In this document: in pieces, positions 11,543 to 23,030 of the stretch
Layout of the letters: every line of letters begins with the position of its first letter
How positions within the stretch are numbered: the stretch's first letter is position 1
Origin: Nematocida ausubeli
Taxonomy: Eukaryota
Direction of reading: 5' to 3'
Assembly (NCBI RefSeq): GCF_000738915.1
Contig: NW_026515638.1
Coordinates: 22,882-86,881 of the forward strand
Length of the DNA: 64,000 nucleotides
Notes under the pieces: generated by a model
The model's input: the letters and a program-made list of their open reading frames with translations, nothing else
The model's database searches: none
What the model was told of the DNA's origin: nothing
Made by a program: the position numbers and the translations under genes

Positions 11543-13132
11543 CTACTGTGGCTGCACATGGTTTAGCACCTCTTCAAAGAGAAGCACTTTCTGTAGGATA
11601 CTTCTTGGTGTAGCTGCAGTTATTTGGTGGACCTGCTTTGGTGCTCCTATCTGAAATTCTGTTATCTCCTCTGTCTGCACGTTTAGGATAAGAACCTCTC
11701 TATACCCTATGCACAGATAATATATGTATGGCTCCAGCCTAATAACACTCCCATGCTTTGTGAATATTGGGGCATACTCATGCGCTGTCCTCATGACCAC
11801 CTTAGGGGATAGGTTTGCCAAAGTAGCAGAGTCAACTGAGATTCCCATGGACTGGTATGCACTGTGATGCAGAGACCCCCTCTGTACAACTCTTCTATCA
11901 ATGAGGATTGGCCTTTCAGATGATGCAGCTTCCTGCAAAGCTTGGCTTGATTCGTATATGAGGACTTTCATCTCTTCAAGTTCTGCATCTGCAGCTACAA
12001 CTCTTTTTTTGCTCTTCAGACACTTTGCAGAGATCTCTCCCTTCTGCCAGAGAATGTAAAAGTCATCTATAATGTACACGTACACGGCATCTGTTAGCAT
12101 CTTAAAGAACTTCCCTTTGTCTGTCAAAATAATCACAACCGGAGTTCTTTTCTTGACAAGGCTCAGGATTGAGTAGCAGAACCCCACAAGCTTTAGGGTT
12201 TTTGTGTCAATCGAGGAAAATGGCGTATAAGTCTCCTGTCCTGTTTTTTTGTCTATCTGGTATATGCCCCCCATCTCAGCCCGCATGGAAAATATATTTG
12301 CAGCTCCCTCTGACATCGTGACCTTCTCTCCTGTGTACTCAATTTTCCCCAGTTTTGTTGCAATTTGAAAGCTCTTTATTCCCTCCATTGAGACTAGCTT
12401 TGGAAAGAAAGACGTGAATATGGGCATGGACAGGGCCTCCTCTGCGGATATCCTTCGATTTGGGTCTTTTTCCAGCATTCTCTCCAAGACTCGGACAATT
12501 CCCCCATACTGCTCTGACTTCTTCCCTGTCTCTAGCTTTGCCTTATTATAGTCGCACCGAAATATCAGAAAGTATATAAGCATTCCTGCACTATATATGT
12601 CTGTTTTTTTCGTGTACGGCATGCGGTCCATCATCTCCGGGCTTATAAAATCAGGTGTGCCGCAGAATGTCTTTGGTGCGCTGAAAAGAGTGTCTTTCGA
12701 GAGACCAAAGTCAATGATCTTCAGATCATTAGTGTCGCTTATCATCACATTCCCAAGTTTTATGTCCCTGTGGATAATTCCAATCCCATGGAGGTATCGC
12801 ATTCCTACAAGAATATCCCGGAAAATGCGCAGAATCGTCTTATACGGCAGGTTTCCTGTCTTGGCAACAGAGGAAAGAGAGAACTTGCACTTCTCCAGAA
12901 CAATCAGTGTCTGCGTCTCTGTCTCAACTGTCTCTACTATTTTTATAATATTTGGATGCGAGACTCTCTGCAGGACACGGATCTCATTTGCAGCCAAGTG
13001 CAGATTTCTTGTGTTCTGGGAGTCAATCACCTTTATTGCCACTTTTTCCTGCGTCTTTCTGTTTATACCCTCGTATACAACAGAAGTGGCGCCTCGTCCT
13101 ATTTGCTCTGTAATTGTATACTTGCCAGCCAT
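11543..13132 (-). CDS. Polo-family Ser/Thr kinase, PLK4/SAK-like
   Basis: GRGATSVV, VAIKVI, HRDIKLGN (polo-type), DFG, TFCGTPDFISPE. C-terminal SLVKKRTPVVIILTDKGKFFKM resembles the PLK4 cryptic polo box. Confidence 0.8.
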   Translation of the reverse strand: MAGKYTITEQIGRGATSVVYEGINRKTQEKVAIKVIDSQNTRNLHLAANEIRVLQRVSHPNIIKIVETVETETQTLIVLEKCKFSLSSVAKTGNLPYKTILRIFRDILVGMRYLHGIGIIHRDIKLGNVMISDTNDLKIIDFGLSKDTLFSAPKTFCGTPDFISPEMMDRMPYTKKTDIYSAGMLIYFLIFRCDYNKAKLETGKKSEQYGGIVRVLERMLEKDPNRRISAEEALSMPIFTSFFPKLVSMEGIKSFQIATKLGKIEYTGEKVTMSEGAANIFSMRAEMGGIYQIDKKTGQETYTPFSSIDTKTLKLVGFCYSILSLVKKRTPVVIILTDKGKFFKMLTDAVYVYIIDDFYILWQKGEISAKCLKSKKRVVAADAELEEMKVLIYESSQALQEAASSERPILIDRRVVQRGSLHHSAYQSMGISVDSATLANLSPKVVMRTAHEYAPIFTKHGSVIRLEPYIYYLCIGYREVLILNVQTEEITEFQIGAPKQVHQITAATPRSILQKVLLFEEVLNHVQPQ

Positions 13133-13210
13133 GCAACTTTCTTCTTAAAAATTCAATACAGTAAATTCGAATATTTTTATTCAACACAAAAAACCCAGCG
13201 AGAAAGAAAT

Positions 13211-14230
13211 TCATCCTTTAACTGCCTCAGAGCAGATCCGTGCTCTTTCCACCAGCAGCTTCTGAGCCTTTTCCTTATTCTCATCATTATTTGCCCATAG
13301 CTTCAGGACACTATCTTGCAGTGCCCGGCCAAATGAGTACGAAATTGCCCAGGGCGCATTTCTTTCTCTTTTCACGCGGTTGGCTTCTTTTAGGTACTCC
13401 ACAGAGATGTCTTCTGGGTGGCCGCCACTTAAAAATACCACACCAGGCAGTGCAGGTGGAACAGAGGCCATAAATGCCTGGATGGTTCCATTTGCTACGT
13501 CCCCCAGAGACTGTCTCTGCCTTTCCTGCCCTGCGGTGACAAAGCCAACTTTAAGAATAATTCCCGGAATGTACGCGCCCTTTCTGTTCAGGTGGTAGAA
13601 CAGACAAGAAATGACAGCAGCAGTGACTATCTCGCACTGCACTGCAGAGTGCTCCCCATTGAATAATACTTCTGGCTCTACAACAGGCACCAGATTGTTT
13701 TTCTGGCAAATCATTGCGTACTCTGCCAGAATGTTGCAGTTCTTAAAGATGCACTCCTCTGTCGGAAGATCCTGGCAGATTGTAAAGACAGACCGCCACT
13801 TTGCAAAGGATGCCCCGCCTTTTCTGTATCTAAGGCACCTTTCATTTAGATCATCCAGGCCTGTGCTGAGCTTCTCTTGGCTTGTATTGTCATTGTTCAG
13901 TGGAAGAAGGCCTTTGTCTAGTTTCACTCCAATGCATATTTCTGCCTTTTTCATGTGGGTTGTGAATAGCTCTCCTGCGCTGTCCTTCTGGAAGAAAGTC
14001 TCTTCGTTTAGGATTACACCGCCCAGATATTTTTGTATTTCTACAGGCGCAGTTAGCAAGACTTCCCTGTATCTTCTTCTGTTTTCTTCTGTGTTTTCAA
14101 TCTGCACAGCAGCAAACTTCTTTTCCATTGATGCTGGACTCTCATCTATTGCAAGTATTCCTTTGTTATTCTCAACAAGTCTTAGAGCTGTATTTTTCAG
14201 TATTTTTCTATCCTCTTTTTCATTCTCCAT
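13211..14230 (-). CDS. fructose-bisphosphate aldolase, class I
   Basis: KGILAIDES, FAKWRSV, LVPVVEPEVL, GVVFLSGG and SYSFGRALQ are class I aldolase motifs. Start placed at MENEKED. Confidence 0.97.
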   Translation of the reverse strand: MENEKEDRKILKNTALRLVENNKGILAIDESPASMEKKFAAVQIENTEENRRRYREVLLTAPVEIQKYLGGVILNEETFFQKDSAGELFTTHMKKAEICIGVKLDKGLLPLNNDNTSQEKLSTGLDDLNERCLRYRKGGASFAKWRSVFTICQDLPTEECIFKNCNILAEYAMICQKNNLVPVVEPEVLFNGEHSAVQCEIVTAAVISCLFYHLNRKGAYIPGIILKVGFVTAGQERQRQSLGDVANGTIQAFMASVPPALPGVVFLSGGHPEDISVEYLKEANRVKRERNAPWAISYSFGRALQDSVLKLWANNDENKEKAQKLLVERARICSEAVKG

Positions 14231-15106
14231 CTTGTGTTTTTCTCGGTTCCCCTGAGACATAAATAAGATGCATGGAGAATAAACCAATAAATATGCAAGG
14301 AGACTTTACACTTCCTTGTGCGCCTGCCAAAATCCTGGCATGCGTTCTAGACCAATCTAATGGAAGATAGGGGCAATTAGTCAAGTGCCCTGTACGATGC
14401 TCTGAATGCCTAGGGTTATATTCCGTCTCTTTTCGCATGCACTTTAATTTGGACAATTATAGCATATCCCAGGGCGGATGCAAAGGATATATTTGAATAT
14501 TAATCTGATTATGAAATAATCATTAACTGCACGGTGATAAACCTTGCTTAATGAACTGTTTGATTAGATAGATTGAATCACTGTGATTAGTGAGATATAG
14601 CAAGAACTTGTTAGATTTACTTTTCTGAGTGCTTTTGTGCTGTCTTGAATATCTTTAAATAAGCTTTCTGCAATAACCCACACCATATTGCATAATGGTT
14701 TAATTAAGGATGTACTTGCAAGTGGTCGGGAAGGGCAGAATAAAATAATTAATAACCCAAAATAACCCGAAGCATCACGGGATAGCACAGTATGTTCAGA
14801 CCAGATATCATGATTTGATATATTTTCAGGTTATTCAGGGTTTGATTACACGCCTTAGTGCTGCATTGTATGCACATGCCTAGCAAGCTGCCTTATCTCC
14901 TAATGCATCTAGTGCGGATTGCATTTAAATTAATTCTTCTGATCTCTTGGGATATACGGTCTGGCTGCCTGCTATTTGCACTGATTTCTGGGCTGCACCA
15001 GATCTGCGCATCTTGTAAATATTATCTGCAGGCCTGCTCTATTTGTGCAAGATATATGCATATTTCTAAATCTATTTATTCTTTTATTTTGCTATTTTGT
15101 TATTTC

Positions 15107-16276
15107 ATGGAGAAAGTGCAGGAGACCATAGAGCAAATAAACAGAGCCACTTTGAAGACTACAAAAGATGCCCTTCGGCCATTGTACGATATTATCTCGT
15201 CTGTAAGCACAGAGGAATTGATTAGCGAATTAGATGCCCATTCCTCTGGCCCTTCAAGATATCTTTTGCTGCTGTTTGTGAGCATGTCATACATCTACAA
15301 AGAAGAGTATGAGCAAGCTCTGGATACTTCAATGAATAGCATAGCAGAAATCACAAAAGAAAGCAGCAGGATACTAGATAGCGTGCTAGCAGGCCTGTGG
15401 ACTGCAGCCAGAATATCCTCAACGCACCTAAGAAGAGACATTCTTTCAGAGTACTTGCTTGGACTGGCAGCTGCCCGGGAGTACCAGAATGTGGAGACAA
15501 TCACAGTAATTATAAATAATATTCTGATGGATTTGCAGAAGAAGCAGCTGTACGATGAGGCGCACACCTTCCTTACAGGAATAAGCCTGCCCGATGAGGC
15601 AGATGTAGGACAGTCTTCAGTGTTCTACTATCTGGCAAGCATAGTCTATCTGATGGCAGAAGACTACAGTGCCTCAGAGCAGGCAATCAACAAGGCAATT
15701 GTAAAGAGCACAGACTCTGTATTTACAGACGAGTGCCGAAAGGCCTATGTTGTGGCATGTCTGCACCAGGGAAAGCACCCAAGCAGAGACTTCTTTGTGG
15801 AAAACCCAAAGCTAAAGGCGTATCTGCAGATTCTTCTGGCAATAAAGTCGTGCTCTTTGGAGAAGTTCCACGAGGCTGTGGCAGAGGAGGAGCAGACTCT
15901 GAGGAGGGATGGCTTATACCACGCTGTGCTGCGCCTGGAGACGGCTGTCCAAAAGGAGCAGGTGCGCCGAATTGGCGTGGTCTACACGAAGATTCTTCTT
16001 AGCTCAGTTGGAGAGATGCTTGGTGTCTCTGAGGAGAGTGCTGCATTTCTGCTGCAAAACTCAATTGAAGAGGGCGCCATTGCAGGATATATTGATACAG
16101 ATATGAAGGAGTACGTGGGCATGGAGAGAAGAGATGAGAGAAATAACACGCTAAAGATTGAGGACATGCTGAGCGTAGCAAATAGTCTGGCAATGATAAA
16201 GAAGCATGAGCCAGTGAAGAAGAAAACATTGGAAGAGCTGCAGGCTGACATGACATATAATGAATATAGAATATAG
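15107..16276 (+). CDS. RPN3: 26S proteasome lid subunit Rpn3-like (PCI domain)
   Basis: TPR-like helices followed by PCI region (YHAVLRLETAVQKEQVRRIGVVYTKILL...IEEGAIAGYID). True start MEKVQ; the ORF-track upstream extension looks non-coding. Confidence 0.75.
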   Translation: MEKVQETIEQINRATLKTTKDALRPLYDIISSVSTEELISELDAHSSGPSRYLLLLFVSMSYIYKEEYEQALDTSMNSIAEITKESSRILDSVLAGLWTAARISSTHLRRDILSEYLLGLAAAREYQNVETITVIINNILMDLQKKQLYDEAHTFLTGISLPDEADVGQSSVFYYLASIVYLMAEDYSASEQAINKAIVKSTDSVFTDECRKAYVVACLHQGKHPSRDFFVENPKLKAYLQILLAIKSCSLEKFHEAVAEEEQTLRRDGLYHAVLRLETAVQKEQVRRIGVVYTKILLSSVGEMLGVSEESAAFLLQNSIEEGAIAGYIDTDMKEYVGMERRDERNNTLKIEDMLSVANSLAMIKKHEPVKKKTLEELQADMTYNEYRI

Positions 16277-16817
16277 TCCTATTCCTTAGGCAGACGCAAA
16301 TAAACTCAAGCTATGCCTTTAGAAATATTTTACATTTTACAGAAAGTCCTTTGATACGGGTAGGTCTAGTCAGATTCCTGTGGGTTGCAGGTCACCATGA
16401 AAATAGACTCTTGTTAAGATGAATTTAAAGCATCACGGGCTCTGAATATTTTGGGGTCAAATTATTTCTCTGCAAATGAAAGTCTTCAGGGGGCACATAA
16501 GAATAGTAGAATTTCAGTTTTCCATAAAATAACGCAGAAGAAAATGTAGATATGAAATGCAGTGAGGCCCTAAGATATAAAAAGGCAGATTAATTGACAC
16601 GCCCTAAATGAATGCAACGTAGACAGCAGAAAATAATTCACTACTATTTGTATAAATACTATCTTGTGAGATCTGGCTAGAAGGAGTTTAAAATGAATTG
16701 ATTCTGAGAGATATGCAGATGCCTTCTTGCCATGCTTAGTGGAGTGAGGCAAGGTGTCAGCATGCGGTCTATTTTCTTCTTGGCAGTTATTATGGAAGTG
16801 GCTGCTAAAATTTTTTA

Positions 16818-18983
16818 ATGAATAGACTTGCACTGAGCTCAGTATATGGCTCTTCAACTGCAACTGTTTCTGCGTACAACGAGAAAACGGGAGAGCTCTT
16901 CGTGGGCGTGGATCGAGTCATAAAAAAGACAAAGATAAGGAGTGGGTTAGCGACTGTGCTAAAGCTAGAGACAGAGAGACAGATTAAAAGCATCTCGATT
17001 GACAAAGACCTTCTTCTGGCGCTTGATGTAGAGGGAAGAGTATACTTATACAACCTAGCGTACAACGTAGAAATAGGAAGGATGCTTAATAAGGAGTGTC
17101 ACACTGCGTGCGTGCTAAACGGGAAGATTCACCTTGAGTTTATGGGATACTTGCAAGTGTGGGTGGTTGAGGAGAACGGCTTCTTCACATTTAGAAAAGA
17201 GAAGCACATAACAGGCCACCAAGACAATATAATTCTAATGGAAAGAACAGAGGAAGGCCTTTTGACAGGATCCAAGGACGGAGTACTGCGGCTGTTCTCC
17301 TCAGAAGACAGCTCTTCCGAGACAGTAGCAAGAAACAAATCGCACCCTCTGTGTGCACGCAAAGTGGGCCAGGAGATATCTGCAGTCTGGGCATCAGGAG
17401 AAATAACCAAACTTATCCAAGTGGAAGATGCATGGACACCAATCCAGAAGAAGTATACAATGCACAACCTGCTGGATGCAGCAATTTCAACATACGGGGA
17501 TATGGCAGTTCTTCTGGACACAAGCCACAATGTATTACTGTACAGCACAACAGGCGACACAAAAGAGCCTATCCAGAAGATCTTTGTGTCTGATGGGATA
17601 AAGCACGTGCAGTTTGTGGAGGAAGATGAGTGGATTATTCTGTCAGGAAATGGCTCAGTTATCTGGGAGTGGAAAACAAACACACTTTTGTTTAACGAGC
17701 AGGCATCTTCAGGACAAACAGTAGCCCGGGATATTGAAGGATCTGTTGTCTCTGGAACTGTATCCGGAGATGTTTTCATGTGGGACAAAGGGTCTTCTCT
17801 TTGCCTGAAAAAAATAGCAGCCCACAGCTCTGCAGTCTCTGCCATTATTCCAACTGAAAGAGGATTCATCTCTGTCTCTGCAAATGGAGAGTGCAAGGTC
17901 CATAAGGCAACTGGCACAGTTATTAAGCAGATATCAGCAGAGATTCCTTTGCTTGTGGCAGATGCGGATGAAGATATCTTGGCAGTGGCAGGACCTGGGA
18001 AAATGCACACATACGACATAAAAAGAAGCAAGCTCATACAGGAGTACGACATAGATATGCCGCTTGCAATTAAAATGATGCAAAACGGGGTTCTCCTGAT
18101 CTCCATGCAAGGAATCACAACGTACTCACCAGACTCTGTCTCTGGGAAGGACGGACCAGAGCAGTTTGTGAACGCATCTATCTCAGAGACAAAGGACGGG
18201 CTAAAGATATCCTGCCTGGGCGAGAGCGGCATGGTATACACGTACAACCATGAGATGGAAGAGCTTGTGGAGTACAGAGCCCTGCCAAAGTACACAAATG
18301 GCATGGGAAAGAACACTCCACTGGGCATGGTTCACACAGAAAATGCAGAGTTAATTATAACGTACAAGACAGCCAGGCCAGACAAAGTATCCACATTCCG
18401 TGAAACCATCTTTGCATCTATGTTCTATAATGGACAGGAAATAGACAAGTGGAAGGTGGCAGAGCACGCCCTTAGCTCTTCAGGCTATCTGTTCACGCAG
18501 GTTTCTGCATTCGGCGCACTAATTGGAATATGCACAGAGTCAGGGCTATATCTATTCTCATCCGCTGAGACAGGCATGAACTCTCTTGGTGCATGGCAGA
18601 AGGAAACCCCTCAAGAAGTCTCCCAGCAAATTGAAAAGGGCGATGTTCTTTCCGGGCTAATAGGGGCCATTGCCCTGCAGAGCCCATCCCTTGTGCACAT
18701 GGCTCTTTCATCTGGTGATCCAGTTGTGCTTGCAAAGTATCTTCCGTCTGAACTGGCTCTTCAGTCAGTTTCTGTTGTGCTCTCTGCCATGTCAAATGGT
18801 CTTGTTGAAAGGGCACTTATGTTCCTTGAAGAAATACTTAAGAAAATACCTGTGAGTAGCGTACTTAGAAGACAGATAATTCTGATCCTTTCTTCCGTAA
18901 TTAATACTTCCCATGAAACCACAGGATACGCAGATGCACTTGTGACCTTCCCACATCTTGCACTCAAAGAAATAGAAGAATAA
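16818..18983 (+). CDS. PWP2: WD40 protein, Pwp2/Utp1-like SSU processome subunit
   Basis: Multiple GH...WD repeats. LSSVYGS N-terminus and IWEWKTNTLLFNEQ resemble Pwp2 (WEWQSESYVLKQQGH). Confidence 0.7.
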   Translation: MNRLALSSVYGSSTATVSAYNEKTGELFVGVDRVIKKTKIRSGLATVLKLETERQIKSISIDKDLLLALDVEGRVYLYNLAYNVEIGRMLNKECHTACVLNGKIHLEFMGYLQVWVVEENGFFTFRKEKHITGHQDNIILMERTEEGLLTGSKDGVLRLFSSEDSSSETVARNKSHPLCARKVGQEISAVWASGEITKLIQVEDAWTPIQKKYTMHNLLDAAISTYGDMAVLLDTSHNVLLYSTTGDTKEPIQKIFVSDGIKHVQFVEEDEWIILSGNGSVIWEWKTNTLLFNEQASSGQTVARDIEGSVVSGTVSGDVFMWDKGSSLCLKKIAAHSSAVSAIIPTERGFISVSANGECKVHKATGTVIKQISAEIPLLVADADEDILAVAGPGKMHTYDIKRSKLIQEYDIDMPLAIKMMQNGVLLISMQGITTYSPDSVSGKDGPEQFVNASISETKDGLKISCLGESGMVYTYNHEMEELVEYRALPKYTNGMGKNTPLGMVHTENAELIITYKTARPDKVSTFRETIFASMFYNGQEIDKWKVAEHALSSSGYLFTQVSAFGALIGICTESGLYLFSSAETGMNSLGAWQKETPQEVSQQIEKGDVLSGLIGAIALQSPSLVHMALSSGDPVVLAKYLPSELALQSVSVVLSAMSNGLVERALMFLEEILKKIPVSSVLRRQIILILSSVINTSHETTGYADALVTFPHLALKEIEE

Positions 18984-19461
18984 ATATGCGCACATAAATA
19001 CTCCAAATTAGCAAGGATCCCTATACTTCTTATTATACTAGTAGATTTAATACCACAAAAAAGTACTTATAAGTGATACTCTTCACCATAAAAGAGTGAA
19101 ATTTGCATGGAAATTAATGCACTTTAACAGATGCATAATAATTGCATAGCCAAATAAACAGATAGGAAATATGTCAGGTGGCTCTTATTTGATAACTCTT
19201 TGGAAGACTCTTTATATAAAGTTTCTTAAAATTAGAATTTTATTTAATTCTTCTGCAAGTCTCTCTATAGTAATAATTTTAAATAAATTTCTGTCTTTTT
19301 TTTGCAGCAAAAAATTCTATTATTTCAAAAAAGTGCACTCTAAAGCCTTCTAGAAGAAATTCCATAAGAATGACTAGGCTTTCTAATATTTACTTCCAGT
19401 ATGCACAGAAACCATAAGGATAAAATATTCAAAATTAAGCTTTATTATTAGTATCTAATTT

Positions 19462-19842
19462 CTAAACACTCCAAAAATAAGTGCCATTTCGAATGATCAG
19501 TTTGATATTTTTTGTTGTTTCCCATATCTTTGTAAGACTCTTGGAAATTTCTGCATATAAAATTAGAATCATATTTTTAATAGTAGGAGAATAAACGTAT
19601 CCTAAAATAAGAAATATAACTGTTAAGATAATTGTAGCCAACAGTATCCCTAATAGTGTAAGACAGGACCTACTTATAAATCTACCAAAGCAAGAAAAGA
19701 ATCGTACAAAAAAGTTCTTTTTGCTTGGTTCTGTTTTATTCTTCTCTAGCATTGGATATTTCTCAGTAGACTCTTCATTTTGGGAACTTTCTTCATACAC
19801 CCAGTCATGGCCTCCTTCGGCTGTATCTAGATAACTATTCAT
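19462..19842 (-). CDS. small protein with one TM helix
   Basis: 126-aa ORF: hydrophilic N-terminus, then TM segment LLGILLATIILTVIFLILGYVY. Confidence 0.65.
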   Translation of the reverse strand: MNSYLDTAEGGHDWVYEESSQNEESTEKYPMLEKNKTEPSKKNFFVRFFSCFGRFISRSCLTLLGILLATIILTVIFLILGYVYSPTIKNMILILYAEISKSLTKIWETTKNIKLIIRNGTYFWSV

Positions 19843-20532
19843 TGTTTTTTGAATTCAAAACTTGTTTTATTTATATCTTCCATGTTTTTAAATTAATTTT
19901 CATCTAAACAACTCAAACTGATATTTTTCTTAAAACTATATAATATTTCGACTTTATATGTTTAAGTTTGATGCTTCTAATTAAAAACAAAACAAATTAG
20001 AAATTACCAATTTAGATTCAAAACTATTCGTAAACGCTGCGTTTTTCTCCTAAATAAAAGGCATAGTTTATAAATAGCTGGTGTTCTTTGAAATTTTAGA
20101 CTCACTGCATACAGAATGTGGTATTTTAAGGAATTGTGGTTTTTCTTTAAAGGCTTCTTGTTATTACAGAGGGTAAAATAGAATGGTAGCTATGAAGAAA
20201 TCTTCTTTTCTTCAGGATTAGACTCATAGTATAAAGACAAATACAATTTTACAAGGACTAAGACACGGCAGATGCATTGAGGCAGACCCAGTGCAAGTTC
20301 ACTTGTCAAAAATATTCTACTACAGCAATAAAAGCTCTTTACTTAGCAAGATTTTATTCTTATTGAATTGTCATTTCCAGGCTGTAATACATTCTCCTAT
20401 ATGAAATGCAAATATTATTTATCTCTTACCCTTTAGTCATAGGAATTCTTCTATTGCATTTATGAATAATAATTCATTCTTAGACTAAACAAACAAGAAT
20501 TTAAGTCGTCATGTGGTCTAGTATAAATAAAA

Positions 20533-20795
20533 AAGTTTCCAGTATAACTGGCTTGGGAAAAGAAGCCAACAGCAACAAAATACTTTCAAGATTAAGCTTT
20601 ATTTCTTCAAAAACCTGTGTATTCCTAGAACCCTTCAGTTTTATTCTTTTCTAGTTAAGTCTTGCAGAGGTTCTGAGAAATTATACTAATAGTTGACTGT
20701 CCATACTTAAATACCCATTTAAAGAATCTTCTGCATTAGGGATATTCAAACTAGAATTATTTTTACAGATGACAAAAACAAGAAAAACAAGAATA
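20533..20795. repeat. near-identical inverted duplicate of 23847-24108
   Basis: Reverse complement matches over ~260 bp (gene 3' end plus 3' flank) with few differences. Confidence 0.95.
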
Positions 20796-21439
20796 CAGCA
20801 AAACACTAGAGAGTAACCAATCATTTTATGCCTATTCCATAAGCGACCATCATCTGGTTGCACATAATAATTATCGTATGGAGTAGATTGGTCTCTAGTA
20901 TTCTCCTCTATTAGTGCTCTTTCTAGAATTTCTATAGAATGACTGTCTGGTTGCAAATAATAATTATCGTATGGAGTAGCTTGGTCTCTAGTATTTTCTT
21001 CTCTCTGGATTGTTTGTTTTATAGGATTTTTATATTCAGCAAATGCAGAGTATCCTATAAGTCTTGTATTTCCTGTAGATTCTGTGTATAAATTGTTTAG
21101 TTGCATAAAACCAGCTTCACATGGAGTAGATTGAGTTGGTTTGGCTGTTTCTTCTCTTAGAAATATTAGCTTTAGAGTATTTTTAATTGGCATAGGTTTT
21201 ATAATCTGAATATCTTCTACATTTACTACAGGTTTTTCAGCTTCTATATGTTTTATATGTATATTAGAATCAATAGACGGGTTGCCGTCCATATATACAC
21301 TATTTTCTTGAGCTTTAGTGTCTTTTTTAGAATTTTTGGGCTCTTTAGTCGCAGAGGCTTTAGTATTCGAAATGGAGTCTAAGTTGGATCTATGGTTGCC
21401 AGATTTTTCTTTCAGTTTGTATACAATTGTATCTTTCAT
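20681..21439 (-). CDS. C-terminal TM protein with internal EENTRDQxTPYDNYYxQPD duplication
   Basis: 252-aa ORF with a single C-terminal TM helix; paralogue at 23561-23961. Confidence 0.8.
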   Translation of the reverse strand: MKDTIVYKLKEKSGNHRSNLDSISNTKASATKEPKNSKKDTKAQENSVYMDGNPSIDSNIHIKHIEAEKPVVNVEDIQIIKPMPIKNTLKLIFLREETAKPTQSTPCEAGFMQLNNLYTESTGNTRLIGYSAFAEYKNPIKQTIQREENTRDQATPYDNYYLQPDSHSIEILERALIEENTRDQSTPYDNYYVQPDDGRLWNRHKMIGYSLVFCCILVFLVFVICKNNSSLNIPNAEDSLNGYLSMDSQLLV

Positions 21440-21961
21440 ATTTCTTAAGAAGCATCTCTATTTAACATTTAACCACTTAAAAGTGATAAATTGCTTTAGT
21501 TAAAAACACATTAATTAAAAAAACCAATTAAAATGGCTGTTGACTTTTCTTTTTTCAAGCACATGAATTCATTTTCTCCCCGGTTCAGCAGTATATATTA
21601 ATATTAGTCATTGCCTTTCGGGTTATCGGGTTTTCACTGTAGACTATCCTGCTATAAATGGCTCTATTTGTTTACGCGTCTTGAGTTTGGTGATCTGAGT
21701 TTGTTGACACCACATATCACTCTGGCATCATCTGTCATTTTATTCATATTAATTAGAATAGCACTGATCTGCAGCTGTCACCAGAAACTATATATATGGC
21801 AAGAAATAAACTACATCCAGCTCAGTACGACTAACTCTAATGGTTCAAGAGGAAAGGCTTAGCTCTGTCTAAATTAATAGGAAAGTTAATAAAAATATTA
21901 ACACCACAGCCTAATACGTAAACAAATAAAAACATTTAATTAAAAAGAAAATTTAAAAAAT

Positions 21962-22282
21962 ATGCATAATTCAAATAGAAGATACGAGTATACTTCAGTA
22001 TCCCTTAATAATTCACACTCTCCTGCTGTAAGTAGTAAGAAAACTAGTAAGTCTGGATGGAAGCTTGATTTAAAAAACAGACTATCCAATAACCGCTGGA
22101 TTATACTTATTCTTTTACCACTTATAGTCCCAATTTGTGTATTAATTGCATACATAGTTTTTTACAAAGACGAAATTATCCTTTACCATCTAAAACAGAC
22201 TATATCATTGGGACTTCGGCACATTTCTTCCATGTCAAAGAAATCGCTTGATGTTTTTATCCGGAGAAGAAAGTATAATTAG
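21962..22282 (+). CDS. small protein with one TM helix
   Basis: 106 aa with TM segment WIILILLPLIVPICVLIAYIVF; same layout as neighbouring small genes. Confidence 0.6.
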   Translation: MHNSNRRYEYTSVSLNNSHSPAVSSKKTSKSGWKLDLKNRLSNNRWIILILLPLIVPICVLIAYIVFYKDEIILYHLKQTISLGLRHISSMSKKSLDVFIRRRKYN

Positions 22283-22785
22283 AGTTTTCTATTGTCTTTT
22301 CGAACTTAAATAGACGATAATACACTATAAAGGACTCTGTTTGTTCATATGGCAGTGACCTGGTAGAATTAGCTGGTAAATACTTTTATCACAGCCAACA
22401 ATTCAAATAAAATACTCAACTGAGTTATTTCAAATAGAAGTTAATCTTTTCATGTTTCTTACAGCTAAAGTTCAGTTATTATACAGCAAGTTTAAACCAT
22501 AATTCTGAAAACCTCTCAGAAGCCTATCAGACTGTACGATTGGATATTCGAAATATTCTACAGAAAAGCTTCATAGTCCTAGATGTATATTTGTATTATA
22601 GTAGATATGCTTAGATATAAAAGTACGTTATTAATTTTAAATGAGTTTTATTTTTAGTTTTCTTAATTTACAACATGCAGTAGTATTTGAATTTTCAATT
22701 TATTTGTGGAATAAACAAACTCTCTTTAATGGTTGAATTAAAAGCTTATTTGAAAAGTAAGAATTGCTTAAGTAGAGATGAATAT

Positions 22786-23030
22786 TATGGCGAGATTACT
22801 GCTTATTAAGCCTAAGACCATGGGGTTTTTGATATAACCTGAATTTCTGGATAATCTGCGAATCAGAAGAAAACTATATAATTGCAAGAGAATATTTAAA
22901 AAAAGAAGCGAATGCAAATTACCAAAAACAACTAAAGTACAAATAGTAATAGTACATTGAGATATCTGTAAGAATATACGGATAAAACTCCCTTGTTAAT
23001 AATTCTATCTAGTATAAACTATTTCCTCCT
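22786..23030 (+). mobile_element. eroded copy of the LTR-like element
   Basis: Colinear blocks TATGGCGAGATT..ATTAA..GACCA, AAAAGAAGCGAATG and ATAAAACTCCCTTG match element blocks TGTGGTAAAATT..ATTAA..GACCA, AAAAGAGGAGAATG and ATAAAACTCCCTGG. Ends uncertain. Confidence 0.55.

Noticed and set aside
14858..15106. N-terminal extensions of ORF-track calls (also at 14287, 34221, 42716, 44548, 48747, 57901)
   Set aside because: They start at non-ATG or upstream codons in AT-rich promoter sequence; homology and start-proximal motifs point to downstream ATGs.
17129..18328. 399-aa antisense ORF (and similar shadows at 12597, 13611, 48050)
   Set aside because: Reverse-frame shadows of well-supported genes, with no motifs of their own.
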